64,000 nt of DNA, taken from the NCBI GenBank assembly GCA_036918135.1, contig JBALDB010000055.1, positions 32,001-96,000 of the forward strand, read 5' to 3'. The notes beneath the pieces are model-generated. The model ran no database searches and had not been told where the DNA came from. It saw only the letters and a program-made list of their open reading frames with translations. The number at the start of each line of letters is the position of its first letter. Position 1 is the stretch's first letter. The stretch comes from Nostoc sp. GTDB taxonomy: Bacteria > Cyanobacteriota > Cyanobacteriia > Cyanobacteriales > Nostocaceae. Positions 53,201-64,000 of the stretch are shown in pieces. Made by a program: the position numbers and the translations under genes.

Positions 53201-54193
53201 ATGACAATCATTTATTCTCAGGCGGGTTTCAATGAGATATTTGAAGCGTCCCACCAAAATGACACAAACCCTCCGAGATCGAATGATTTTGTCACACGCT
53301 GGAAGATACCTAAGTTGATTGGTCGGGGGATTGGGCAGTTCTTTGAATTGCGGCAGGGTCTAAGTTTACATATCAATGACTGGCAATTGCGCCATGACCT
53401 CGCGATCGCCGATTATTCAAAATCTGAATCGAGGTTAAACTATGGCTTCTGCATCGACTCAGAAAGGTTTCGGATCGAGAATACGGCGGTCAACTCCGGG
53501 CAATACATTCTGTGGGGCAAGGGTATGTCGGAGGGTAAAGTCGTAAAGTTACCAGCCATTGAGCAAGGGTTTTGGATTCAAGTTTATATGATGCCCGAAC
53601 TGCTATATTCGTTTGTGGGTGATGCATCCGAGCAATTGCCTGCCGCCTTTGAGCATCTTGTAAAACCACCGGATGAGGAGCGATCGCTTCAAATCGGCAC
53701 AACCACACCGCAGATGCAGGTTGCTTTGCAGCAGATATTGTGCTGTCCCTATCAAGACATGACACAGAAGATGTACTTAGAAGGTAAAATCTGGGAACTG
53801 ACGGCATTGCTCCTAGAACAGGTAAAAGCAAAGCAGGATTTGTCAGATCCAATTTGGCAATTGAAACCGGAGGATGTAGACCGCATCTATTATGCTAGAG
53901 AACTGTTGCTCAATCGGCTAAACAATCCTCCTTCCCTGACAGAACTAGCGCGGCAGGTAGAGCTAAATGAATGTACGCTCAAGCGTGGCTTTCGGCAAGT
54001 ATTTGGCAAAACTGCGTTTAGCTATTTGCATGACTATCGACTAGAACAAGCGCGGCAGTTATTGACAACGGGCGAAATGAAAGTTGCAGAGGTTGCTGAA
54101 GCGATCGGGTTTGCAGATCCGGGATATCTGGCAAGAGCATTCCGCAAAAAGTTTGGTTGCTACCCTGGTTGCTATCGACGGCAGTTTAAATAA
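53201..54193 (+). CDS. AraC (PchR-like) regulator 5
   Basis: CPYQDMTQKMYLEGK, PPSLTELA, double HTH. Confidence 0.92.
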   Translation: MTIIYSQAGFNEIFEASHQNDTNPPRSNDFVTRWKIPKLIGRGIGQFFELRQGLSLHINDWQLRHDLAIADYSKSESRLNYGFCIDSERFRIENTAVNSGQYILWGKGMSEGKVVKLPAIEQGFWIQVYMMPELLYSFVGDASEQLPAAFEHLVKPPDEERSLQIGTTTPQMQVALQQILCCPYQDMTQKMYLEGKIWELTALLLEQVKAKQDLSDPIWQLKPEDVDRIYYARELLLNRLNNPPSLTELARQVELNECTLKRGFRQVFGKTAFSYLHDYRLEQARQLLTTGEMKVAEVAEAIGFADPGYLARAFRKKFGCYPGCYRRQFK

Positions 54194-54197
54194 GATG

Positions 54198-54243
54198 AAA
54201 AATTCCCTCTAGTCAGCAAAAAAATTCCGTCTAGTCAGCAAAA
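54198..54243 (+). promoter_or_regulatory. 22-bp-period direct repeat, putative AraC operator; duplicated at about 57044-57089
   Basis: AAAATTCC[C/G]TCTAGTCAGCAAA twice. Confidence 0.65.
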
Positions 54244-54327
54244 TAATCACCCATTGCTCTCGCTTCCTGGTAATCTTTTTGAAATAATTTCCTGATTATT
54301 GGTTTGATTACACTGGTGTGGAGAGTC

Positions 54328-56961
54328 ATGGGTTATTCATTCAAATTGACATTGATTGCAAGTATCGTCTGGGTCATGATTGCTCCAACAGTTCGGGCAC
54401 AGGAGAGATCCCCCCTTAACAATTCAACTGAGCAAACCCAGAGCAAGATTCGACAACTAAGTGAGATAGAGCTTCCAAATACTAGCGCTCAATATTTAGT
54501 GCAGTCGCCAACACCAAGCAATCAAGAGAACCTTGGGGGAGAAGTTATACCAATAACGTCCGTGAAAGCTAATCCGACTGCTAAAGGTGTAGAGGTGATT
54601 TTAGAGACACCTGTTGGGACTCAACTGCAAGTCACAAATCGCAGTGCTGGCAGCAATTTTATTGTGGATGTATCTGGAGGTCAGTTACGTTTACCTTCGG
54701 GAGAGGCGTTCACATTCCGTTCTCAAAAACCAGTTGAGGGAATTACTCAAATAACAGCACAGAATATTGATGCAAATACTGTGCGGGTGACGGTGGTAGG
54801 GGAGAAAGCTTTGCCCACAGTTGAGTTATATGATGATGATGCAGGTCTGGTTTTTGCAGTGGCTTCTACAGCAACGGCAACTTCTCCACAACAGCCATCC
54901 CAAACACCTCAAGCACAACAGCCAGGAAACCAAACACCTCAAGAGTCACCATCAGCACAAGGTGATGAGCCTATTGAGTTGGTAGTGACAGGGGAGCAAG
55001 ATGGATACAATGCATCCGATGCCTCAACTGCAACCAAAACCGATACTCCCCTACGTGACGTTCCCCAGTCGATTCAAGTCATCCCCCGCGAAGTGATTCA
55101 AGATCAAGGTGCGGTTCGTCTAACCGAAGCAGTTCGTAATGTCAGTGGTGTGTCACTCTCAGGCACTAGTGGCGATCGCGGAGAAGATTACACAATTCGG
55201 GGATTCGCTGCTAACATTTACAAAAATGGTTTCCTTGATGATTTCTACTCCGATCGCGCCTTTCGAGACAACGCCAATATCGAGCGAATAGAAGTTCTCA
55301 AAGGACCAGCGTCGGTGTTGTTTGGACGCTTGGAACCTTCGGGTATCATCAACTTAGTGACCAAGAAACCATTAGCCGAACCCTACTACAATGTAGGTTT
55401 TACCGCAGGTAGCTATAGTTTTTATCGCCCCACACTAGATTTTTCTGGTCCATTAACCGAGGACGGAAAGTTGGGTTATCGTCTCAATGTTGCCTACGAA
55501 AATTCTGGAAGTTTCCGCGACTTTGTAAACAAAGAAAGATTTTTTATTGCTCCTGTACTCAGTTTGAAAATTGGTGACAAGACAAACCTGACTTTGGAAG
55601 GTGAATATCTCCACACAGAAAATCCTCTAGATCGTGGGCTACCCGTAATTGACAATGAAATTGCAGATATTCCGATTAGCCGCTATCTCAGCGATCCGAG
55701 AAATCAAGTCGTTGTAGATGAATCAAAAACCTACCTGACTTTAAATCATGACTTTAATCAGAATTTATCGCTACGTAGTGCTTTTCGGGTAACGACTGCA
55801 TCAGAAACAAATAATCGTTTTGTCATTCAGCCAATTTTTGCAACCAGTAATAACGGAACTATTAATCTTTTCAATAGTGGTCCCGCTAATCAGTATTATG
55901 AAACTTATTTTCTACAGAATGACTTAACTGGTAAATTCAATACTGGCTCAGTCAAGCATACAGTTTTGTTCGGTGTGGAAGTTGGTAGATTGTATAACCA
56001 TAATCAGGGCGAGAAAGGACCCGATCAGCCGATTAATATTTTTAATCCTGTCTACAACTTTTCTTATGATGGTCCGTATGAAACGTTTAACAATACAACA
56101 ACCAATACCAACACTTTCGGAATTTACCTTCAAGATCAGATTGCCGTTTTTGATAATCTCAAACTCCTTGTTGGCGGCAGGTTTGATACTTATCACAGTG
56201 AAACACAAGATTTCCTCAATGCCTCAACGACAGTCACAGATAGCGATGCGTTTTCACCTCGCGTAGGAGTCGTTTACCAACCGACAAAAGAAATTTCACT
56301 GTTTGCCAACTATAGTCGCTCGTTTAATCCTGTCAGTGGTACGGCTAAGAACGGTGATGCTTTTGTGCCTGAAAGGGGAACTGGCTACGAAGTCGGCATC
56401 AAAGGAGACTTTTTAAATAATCGTCTTTCCTCTACTTTAGCTTTCTACACAGTTACCAAGACCAATGTCACAACTGAAGATCCCAGCGATCCTACCGGAA
56501 CCTTTTCAATTCAAACCGGCGAACAACGCGCTCGTGGAATTGAGTTCGATATTGCTGGAGAAATCTTACCTGGTTGGAAAGTCATTGGTTCATACGCTTA
56601 TTCCGATCCAGAAATTACTGAAGACAATACATATCCAGTCGGAAATACTCTCGCTAATACACCGCGACATACTGGTTCATTGTGGACAACTTATACTTTT
56701 CAAACAGGTTCGTTAGAAGGATTTGGTTTTGGTGGAGGCATTTTTGCAAACAGCGAAGCTTATGGAGATTTGGATAATTCTTACACCATACCTGGTTTTG
56801 TAAGAACTGATGCGGCACTTTTCTACAAAAAGAACCGCTTGAGAGCATCTATTAACTTCAAGAATTTATTTGATGTCAGATATTTCGAGGGCACATTTTT
56901 GAGGGCAGCCAATCCGGCTGCACCGTTTACAGTTCAAGGAACAATTTCTTGGGAGTTCTAA
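54328..56961 (+). CDS. TonB-dependent siderophore receptor with AMIN domain (TBDT5)
   Basis: Complete architecture; TBDT1 subfamily barrel. Confidence 0.95.
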   Translation: MGYSFKLTLIASIVWVMIAPTVRAQERSPLNNSTEQTQSKIRQLSEIELPNTSAQYLVQSPTPSNQENLGGEVIPITSVKANPTAKGVEVILETPVGTQLQVTNRSAGSNFIVDVSGGQLRLPSGEAFTFRSQKPVEGITQITAQNIDANTVRVTVVGEKALPTVELYDDDAGLVFAVASTATATSPQQPSQTPQAQQPGNQTPQESPSAQGDEPIELVVTGEQDGYNASDASTATKTDTPLRDVPQSIQVIPREVIQDQGAVRLTEAVRNVSGVSLSGTSGDRGEDYTIRGFAANIYKNGFLDDFYSDRAFRDNANIERIEVLKGPASVLFGRLEPSGIINLVTKKPLAEPYYNVGFTAGSYSFYRPTLDFSGPLTEDGKLGYRLNVAYENSGSFRDFVNKERFFIAPVLSLKIGDKTNLTLEGEYLHTENPLDRGLPVIDNEIADIPISRYLSDPRNQVVVDESKTYLTLNHDFNQNLSLRSAFRVTTASETNNRFVIQPIFATSNNGTINLFNSGPANQYYETYFLQNDLTGKFNTGSVKHTVLFGVEVGRLYNHNQGEKGPDQPINIFNPVYNFSYDGPYETFNNTTTNTNTFGIYLQDQIAVFDNLKLLVGGRFDTYHSETQDFLNASTTVTDSDAFSPRVGVVYQPTKEISLFANYSRSFNPVSGTAKNGDAFVPERGTGYEVGIKGDFLNNRLSSTLAFYTVTKTNVTTEDPSDPTGTFSIQTGEQRARGIEFDIAGEILPGWKVIGSYAYSDPEITEDNTYPVGNTLANTPRHTGSLWTTYTFQTGSLEGFGFGGGIFANSEAYGDLDNSYTIPGFVRTDAALFYKKNRLRASINFKNLFDVRYFEGTFLRAANPAAPFTVQGTISWEF

Positions 56962-56984
56962 CGTCATTACACGACTGTTTTCCC

Positions 56985-57039
56985 TCTGGCAAGAGCATAC
57001 CGCAAAAAGTTTGGTTGCTACCGACGGCAGTTTAAGTAA
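56985..57039 (+). pseudogene. AraC 3' stub (copy of the regulator 5 end)
   Basis: LARAYRKKFGCYRRQFK* matches 54127-54193 minus 12 bp. Confidence 0.8.
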
Positions 57040-57173
57040 GATAAAAAATTCCCTCTAGTCAGCAAAAAAATTCCGTCTAGTCAGCAAAATAATCACCCAT
57101 TGCTCTCGCTTCCTGGTAATCTTTTTGAAATAATTTCCTGATTATTGGTTTGATTACACTGGTGTGGAGAGTC

Positions 57174-59786
57174 ATGGGTTATTCATTCAAATTGACATTG
57201 ATTGCAAGTATCGTCTGGGTCATGATTGCTCCAACAGTTCGGGCACAGGAGAGATCCCCCCTTAACAATTCAACTGAGCAAACCCAGAGCAAGATTCGAC
57301 AACTAAGTGAGATAGAGCTTCCAAATACTAGCGCTCAATATTTAGTGCAGTCGCCAACACCAAGCAATCAAGAGAACCTTGGGGGAGAAGTTATACCAAT
57401 AACGTCCGTGAAAGCTAATCCGACTGCTAAAGGTGTAGAGGTGATTTTAGAGACACCTGTTGGGACTCAACTGCAAGTCACAAATCGCAGTGCTGGCAGC
57501 AATTTTATTGTGGATGTATCTGGAGGTCAGTTACGTTTACCTTCGGGAGAGGCGTTCACATTCCGTTCTCAAAAACCAGTTGAGGGAATTACTCAAATAA
57601 CAGCACAGAATATTGATGCAAATACTGTGCGGGTGACGGTGGTAGGGGAAAAGGCTTTGCCCACGGTTGAATTATATGATGATGATGCAGGTCTAGTTTT
57701 TGCGGTAGCAAGTACAGCAACGGCGACTTCTCCACAACAGCCAACGCAAGCTAATCAGCCCGAAAATCAGACACAGCCAACTCAACCGTCAACTAGTGGT
57801 GATGAGCCGATTGAGTTAGTGGTCACAGGGGAGCAAGATGGATACAATGCATCCGATGCATCAACTGCAACCAAAACCGATACACCTTTGCGCGACATTC
57901 CCCAGTCAATTCAAGTTATCCCCCGCGAAGTGATTCAAGATCAAAATGCGGTTCGTTTGACTGACATCGTCCGTAATGTGAGCGGTGTGGCACTCTCCCA
58001 AACTTCTGGCGATCGCGCAGAAAATTATACAATTCGGGGATTCGATGCCAACATTTACAAAAATGGTTTTCTTGATGGTTTTGAGGCCTCTCGCGGCTTT
58101 CGAGACAGCGCCAATATTGAGCGAGTTGAAGTCCTTAAAGGACCAGCATCGGTGTTGTTTGGACGCTTGGAACCTTCGGGGATCATCAATCTTGTCACCA
58201 AAAAGCCATTAGCCGAACCTTATTACAATCTAAGTTTTACCACAGGTAGCTATAGTTTTTATCGCCCCGCCCTAGATTTTTCCAGTCCATTAACCCAAGA
58301 CGGAAAGTTGGGTTATCGTCTCAACATTGCTTACGAAAATTCTGGAAGTTTCCGCGACTTTGTCTACAAAAAAAGATTTTTGGTCGCTCCTGTACTGAGC
58401 TGGAAAATTGGTGACAAGACAAACCTGACGTTGGAAGGTGAATATTTCCACTCCGAAAATCCTTATGATGATGGGCTATATCTACTTGGCGGTACGATTA
58501 TTCCAGATGTTCCGATTAGCCGCAATCTCAACGACCCTAGAAGTCGATTTGTTATAGATCAATCACAAACTTACCTGACTCTCAATCATGAGTTTAATCA
58601 AAATTTATCGCTGCGTACTGCTTTTCGGGTGACGACTGCATTAGAAACAGATAATCGTTTTTCCCTCAGAGGATTTGCTGCCAGTAACGATGGAACCGTC
58701 GATCTTTTTAGTTTTGCTTACGATCAGTACCATGAAACTTACTTTCTACAGAATGACTTAACTGCAAAATTCAATACTGGCTTTGTCAAGCATACACTTT
58801 TGTTTGGTGTAGAGCTTGGTAAATTGTATGACAGAGAAGTGTACGATGGAGCCGATGTTAGTGACTCGAACATTTTTAACCCTGTCTACAACTTTTCTTA
58901 TGGTTCATCTGAACGGGGTTATGATACTACACAAAATAGTGATTCTTTCGGTGTTTACCTCCAAGATCAGATTGCCGTATTTGATAATCTCAAACTACTG
59001 GTGGGTGGCAGGTATGACACTTATCATTCCGAATTGCAAAATTTCCTCGATGCCTCAACCACAGTCACAGATAGCGATGCGTTTTCACCGCGTGTGGGAG
59101 TCGTTTACCAACCGACAAAAGAAATTTCACTGTTTGCTAACTATAGTCGCTCATTTGTTCCTGTGAGTGGTTCTAGTAAAAACGGTGATGCTTTTGTACC
59201 TACAAGGGGAACTGGCTACGAAGTCGGCATCAAAGGAGACTTTTTAAACGATCGTCTCTCTTCTACTTTAGCCTTCTACACAGTTACTAAAACTAATGTC
59301 TTAACTGAAGATCCCAGCGATCGCAATTTTTCCATTCAGGTAGGCGAACAACGCGCTCGTGGAATTGAGTTGGATGTGGCTGGAGAAATCTTACCTGGTT
59401 GGAAAGTGATTGGTTCATACGCTTACACGGATGCAGAGGTCACTCAAGACAATACATATCCAGTCGGAAATGCTCTACGTGGTATACCCCGACATAGTGG
59501 CTCATTGTGGACAACTTATACCTTTCAAACAGGCTCGTTACAAGGGTTTGGTTTTGGTGGAGGCATCTTTGCGGCTACCGAAGCTTATGGAGAAATTGAT
59601 AACTTCTACACCGTACCTGGTTATATACGGACTGATGCGGTACTTTTCTACAAAAAGGATCGCTTGAGAGCATCTGTTAACTTCAAGAACTTATTTGATG
59701 TCAGATCTTTCGATGGCTCAACTGGAGGTGTAGTCGATCCAGCCGATCCTTTTACAGTTCAAGGAACGATTTCTTGGGATTTCTAA
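57174..59786 (+). CDS. TonB-dependent siderophore receptor with AMIN domain (TBDT6)
   Basis: Complete architecture; N-terminus identical to TBDT5; ends SWDF. Confidence 0.95.
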   Translation: MGYSFKLTLIASIVWVMIAPTVRAQERSPLNNSTEQTQSKIRQLSEIELPNTSAQYLVQSPTPSNQENLGGEVIPITSVKANPTAKGVEVILETPVGTQLQVTNRSAGSNFIVDVSGGQLRLPSGEAFTFRSQKPVEGITQITAQNIDANTVRVTVVGEKALPTVELYDDDAGLVFAVASTATATSPQQPTQANQPENQTQPTQPSTSGDEPIELVVTGEQDGYNASDASTATKTDTPLRDIPQSIQVIPREVIQDQNAVRLTDIVRNVSGVALSQTSGDRAENYTIRGFDANIYKNGFLDGFEASRGFRDSANIERVEVLKGPASVLFGRLEPSGIINLVTKKPLAEPYYNLSFTTGSYSFYRPALDFSSPLTQDGKLGYRLNIAYENSGSFRDFVYKKRFLVAPVLSWKIGDKTNLTLEGEYFHSENPYDDGLYLLGGTIIPDVPISRNLNDPRSRFVIDQSQTYLTLNHEFNQNLSLRTAFRVTTALETDNRFSLRGFAASNDGTVDLFSFAYDQYHETYFLQNDLTAKFNTGFVKHTLLFGVELGKLYDREVYDGADVSDSNIFNPVYNFSYGSSERGYDTTQNSDSFGVYLQDQIAVFDNLKLLVGGRYDTYHSELQNFLDASTTVTDSDAFSPRVGVVYQPTKEISLFANYSRSFVPVSGSSKNGDAFVPTRGTGYEVGIKGDFLNDRLSSTLAFYTVTKTNVLTEDPSDRNFSIQVGEQRARGIELDVAGEILPGWKVIGSYAYTDAEVTQDNTYPVGNALRGIPRHSGSLWTTYTFQTGSLQGFGFGGGIFAATEAYGEIDNFYTVPGYIRTDAVLFYKKDRLRASVNFKNLFDVRSFDGSTGGVVDPADPFTVQGTISWDF

Positions 59787-59935
59787 AATCATCTCAGTAG
59801 CCGTTATGACGAATTCATCACCAGAACTAATGAAAAAACTATTATCCTTTTTTCTTGACTGAGAAATATTTCTCGTTAGGATAAGGCAGTTTTGATTGGG
59901 AAAATTTCAATCTCATCTATGCAGGAGTACCTACT

Positions 59936-60967
59936 ATGAAATCTAAAAAACTCCGTAACTTTGCATTCACCCTACACCGCTACATCAGTTTAGCTGTGGG
60001 ATTGATTCTGGTGATAGTCGGCTTGACAGGTAGTGTGTTGGTGTTTGCCAATGAAATTGAGCATATTCTGTTTGTCCAACAATTCGGCACTGTTGTTCCT
60101 CAAGGGCAGATGTTATCTCCAACATCTGTGGTGGATACCCTCAAAGCAGCGTTGGACTGGGAACCAAATGCTAAATATGCGCGTTTATACATACCCATAG
60201 CACCAGACGCACCTTACGTGCTTGACGTTTTACATTCACCTGAGAATCTAGTGACGGAAATTTCACTTGCTCAAATCAGTAGCGTTTTTGTCAACCCCTA
60301 CACAGGCACTATTATCAGTAAGCAGGGATGGAACGAGCAACTGATTGCTTCAGTTGTTGATTTACATTGCAATCTACTAGCTGGAGACACTGGTAAAACT
60401 ATAGTTGGTATCGGATGTTTTCTACTTTTAGTTCTCAATATTACAGGCTTGTTTCTGTGGCCTGGTTGGCGCAAGTTGATATCTGGCTTCAAAATTAAGT
60501 GGAATGCCCATCCGAAGCGGCTCTATTATGACATTCATAAACTAGCAGGTATCATTACTGTAGTGTTTCTTTGCTTTACTGCCTTTACAGGCGTGTGCTG
60601 GAGTTTCTATGAGTTTAGTGAGCCTGTGATTCGAGTAATCACGTTGAGTCCAGCGAAACTTGAACCAGTTTCTCAAATCATTCCTAATCAGCTTCCACTC
60701 AAGCTTGCCAATCAACTGAAAACCTCTCAAGCTGAGTTACCCGATGGAAAACTTAGAGCGATTAATTTTCCGCAAAAACCAGATAGTCCTTTGATAATTC
60801 GTTACAGTATGCCTCAAGAATATACATATAATACTGGACAGAGCAAAGTTTATCTTGACCAATACAGTGGTAGGGTTTTGCGAGTAGATAACTCCCAGAA
60901 AGAGTCTTTAGGCTCGCGTGTCCTCAATTCTTTTCCTTCCCTACACTATGGTACATTTGGTGGCTAA
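59936..60967 (+). pseudogene. PepSY-TM protein lacking the last TM helix
   Basis: Stops at LHYGTFGG*, whereas paralog 51630 continues about 50 aa through a TM helix. Confidence 0.75.
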
Positions 60968-61079
60968 ATGTGATGAGAGTTTACCTCTTCGCTTTCCGTT
61001 CTTACGAATTTCCGTAGCTCCGCAGTATGGACATTGCACAGTAGATGACCTCAATTCATCCCTCTATTATGCAACGCCA

Positions 61080-61340
61080 GAAATCTTGCCGGGATGGAAA
61101 ATTATTGGCAGCTATACCTACATTGATTCTGAAATCACCGAAGATACCAATCCTGATTTTAAGGGAAATATACCCAATAACGTGCCCCGCAACAGTGCTT
61201 CTTTATGGACAACCTATGAATTTCAAACCGGAGGCTGGAAAGGGTTTGGATTTGGTGGCGGTGTAACTTTTGTCGGCGACAGACAGGGTGATTTAGAAAA
61301 TACATTCATCTTACCCAGTTATACCCGCCTGGATGCCGCC
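61080..61340 (+). pseudogene. TBDT fragment (TBDT4-like), cut by the palindromic repeat
   Basis: EILPGWKII...EDTNPDFKGN...RLDAA, followed directly by CAGATCCCCGACTTC. Confidence 0.82.
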
Positions 61341-61649
61341 CAGATCCCCGACTTCTTCAAGAAGTCAGGGATTTATAGCCGTAGTCATATAGGTTAGGAC
61401 ATTCTAAAACCGTGAATGTCAGAAAGAGTAATGTTTTTACCTCCTGCCCCCTGCCTCCTGCTATAAATTTAACGCACTGGCTTCCAGCATCAAATTTATA
61501 TCTCTAGTCGGTAAGTTGCACAGGCATCACCGCACCACCCTAAGTACAGCCCATCATAAAAAGAGTACGTAAATCTTACTGCCAGGCACAATTTGTGTAA
61601 GTTTTTGACCTAGCGATTGCAAGTGAGGATAGAGGTGTATGGGTGGCAA

Positions 61650-64000
61650 ATGGTGTTAAGGCGAATACTAAAGATTCTGCTGCTTACAAGTTCTATTTAG
61701 TTGTGCGTTGCAATTAGTGCAACTGCTAATGAAGTCAACAAATAAGCACAGGGCAAATCTGTTGCGTCAGTACTACTCAATTCCAGGACGATTAGAGAGA
61801 TTTCACCACTAGGGGAAGTAGAACTTCACAACATCAGCGCTAAAGTACTACTATGCAGTTGCCAACTTCTGAAGTAGTACAAGTGACTGGAGTGAAGGCA
61901 AATCCCACTGACAAAGGTGTAGAAGTGATTTTAGAGACACCTGTTGGCACTCAACTGCAAGTCACAAATCGCAGTACGGGTAATAATTTTATTGTAGATG
62001 TCTCAGGTGGACAGTTACGTTTACCATCAGGTGAAGCTTTTACATTTCGTTCGGAAAAACCACTTGAGGGAATTACTGAAATAAAAGTTACAAATATCAA
62101 TGCAAATACTGTGCGAGTGATGGTGGTAGGTGAGAAAGCTTTACCAACGGTTGAGTTATTTGATGATGATGCAGGACTGGTTTTTGCGGTAGCTTCTACT
62201 GCAACTGCAACCCAGCCACCTCAAACTCAAGAAAAGCCAGCACTCCCGGCACCGCAGGAGACACCATCGACACAAGGCGATCAGCCGATTGAGTTAGTCG
62301 TGACAGGGGAGCAGGATGGCTATCGCGTACCGAATATCAGTGTAGGAACGCGAACCGATACCCCCCTACGGGATATTCCTCAATCCATTCAAGTTGTCCC
62401 CCAAGAAGTGTTGCGCGATCAAAATGTCACTAACATAAATGAAGCCCTGAGAAACGTAAGTGGAGTAACTGTAAATAGTCCTCCAGAAACCCTCTTAGAA
62501 TTTGGATTTACGATTCGAGGCTTTGAAACCACAGGTCGCAGTGGCGGCAGTTTTCTGAGAAATGGACTTAGAGAGGGTGGAGATATACTCCAGGAAATCC
62601 CCAACATCGAAAGAATCGAAGTGCTTAAAGGTCCCGCTTCCGTGCTTTACGGTAATGGCAGTCCGGGTGGAACCATCAACCTGGTGACGAAACAACCGCT
62701 GCGCGACCCCTTCTATGCCATTGATGCTACCATTGGCAATTATGACTTCTATCAGGGTGCGATTGATTTGTCTGGACCGTTAAACGACTCTAAGACAGTG
62801 TTGTATCGACTGAATGCAGCCTACCAAGATAGAAAAAGCTTCATTGATTTTTTTGAAAAAAGTAACTTCTCGATTGCACCGGTCGTGAGTTTTGCGCTTG
62901 GAGAGCGAACTCGTTTAATCCTGGAAAGTGAATACGTAAACGCAAGCAGTGTTGTCTACCCAGGTTTGCCAGCGGTTGGTACGGTACTCCCCAACCCCAA
63001 TGGTCGTATTCCGCGCAATCGTTTCACTGGAGAGCCTGACGGTGTTCTTGATACCTCTATTGTCAGAGTGGGCTATCGGTTGGAGCATCAGTTTAGCGAC
63101 AACTGGTCATTACAAAATGCATTTCGGGCGAGAATTCAAAGAGCTAGACCTGGAAACGAGTTTTATCTTGTTACTGATAGTCTTGACTTTGATAATCGAA
63201 CCTTCAACCGTAATGCGATTATCAATACTGTCGATTACGACGACTACGACTTAGCCATAAACTTAACTGGCAAATTTTCAACTGGGTCAATCGATCATCA
63301 GCTAGTCTTTGGCGTTGATTTGAGCAGATCGTTTTTAGGATATGAGCAGTTTCGTGCACCTGCACCAATAGACCTGTTCAACCCTGTGTATCGGCGACCT
63401 ATTGCTGAACCTTTCACTTTCGCTTTTGATGGCGATCAATTAACTGATGCTCTAGGGATTTATATTCAAGATCGGGTGACGCTGGCTCCTAATCTCAAGT
63501 TGTTGCTGGGCGGACGGTTCGATCTGTTTGAGCAAAGCAATCGCTTTCTGAGTGACACCACCAGTCAATCAGGGGATGGCTTCAGTCCGCGTGTCGGTAT
63601 TGTTTATCAGCCCATTGAACCCATTTCACTCTATGCCAGCTACAGTCGTTCATTTTTTCCAAACAGTGGCACTGCCTTTGATGGTAGCGTTTTTCAACCA
63701 GAGCGGGGCACCCAGTATGAAGTTGGGGTCAAAGCAGATTTGAATGACCGACTTTCGGCAACCCTAGCCTTTTACCACCTGACCCGCTCTAATATTTTGA
63801 CCGAGGATCCAGTTAATTTTGGCTTCTCTATCCAAACGGGCGAGCAGCGCAGCCGAGGGATTGAATTCAGCATTGGTGGCGAAATTCAGCCAGGGTGGAA
63901 CATCATTGCAGGCTACGCTTACACGGATGCCCAAATCACCGAAGACAACACCCTACCTGTGGGCAATCTTTTGGCTAATGTCCCTGAAAATGCCTTCAAT
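61650..64000 (+). pseudogene. AMIN-TBDT with an inactivated signal-peptide region; runs off the window
   Basis: TAG 61698, TAA 61743 and a frameshift near 61850; frame from ATG 61853 gives AMIN, IELVVTG, plug and barrel up to VGNLLANVPENAFN at the window edge. Confidence 0.8.

Noticed and set aside
904..63743. Numerous short antisense or alternate-frame ORFs in the ORF track
   Set aside because: They overlap well-supported genes; recurring ones inside TBDTs only reflect paralogous DNA

Overview
Chromosomal window from a filamentous, probably Nostocales, cyanobacterium. This is inferred from abundant HIP1 GCGATCGC octamers, Nostoc-type MITEs, SDR and heptamer repeats, and AMIN-domain TonB-dependent transporters (TBDTs). 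1-15.4 kb holds ordinary genes: an SDR dehydrogenase, debranching enzyme, permease, CDF transporter, cupin, hydrolase, DUF4350/MoxR pair, a small secreted CBM14-like protein and a Met-zincin protease. 15.7-19.7 kb is a collapsed AraC/TBDT/PepSY locus that includes an in-frame PepSY::TBDT fusion joined at a HIP1 site. 22.7-28.4 kb holds a 5'-truncated nrdA, an intact nrdB and an integrase-less integron-like array. The array has an attI-like site, two complete attC hairpins, one half attC, and HNH, Rpn and cysteine-hydrolase cassettes. 28.4-31.8 kb is cobalamin riboswitch > DUF1636 > metE. 32-64 kb is a large tandem array of AraC-TBDT(-PepSY) modules with 6 intact TBDTs, 5 essentially intact AraCs, many fragments, paralog-specific direct-repeat operators and clear signs of module shuffling. 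Several rearrangement junctions fall exactly on HIP1. All calls were made by eye from the sequence; no database searches were run.
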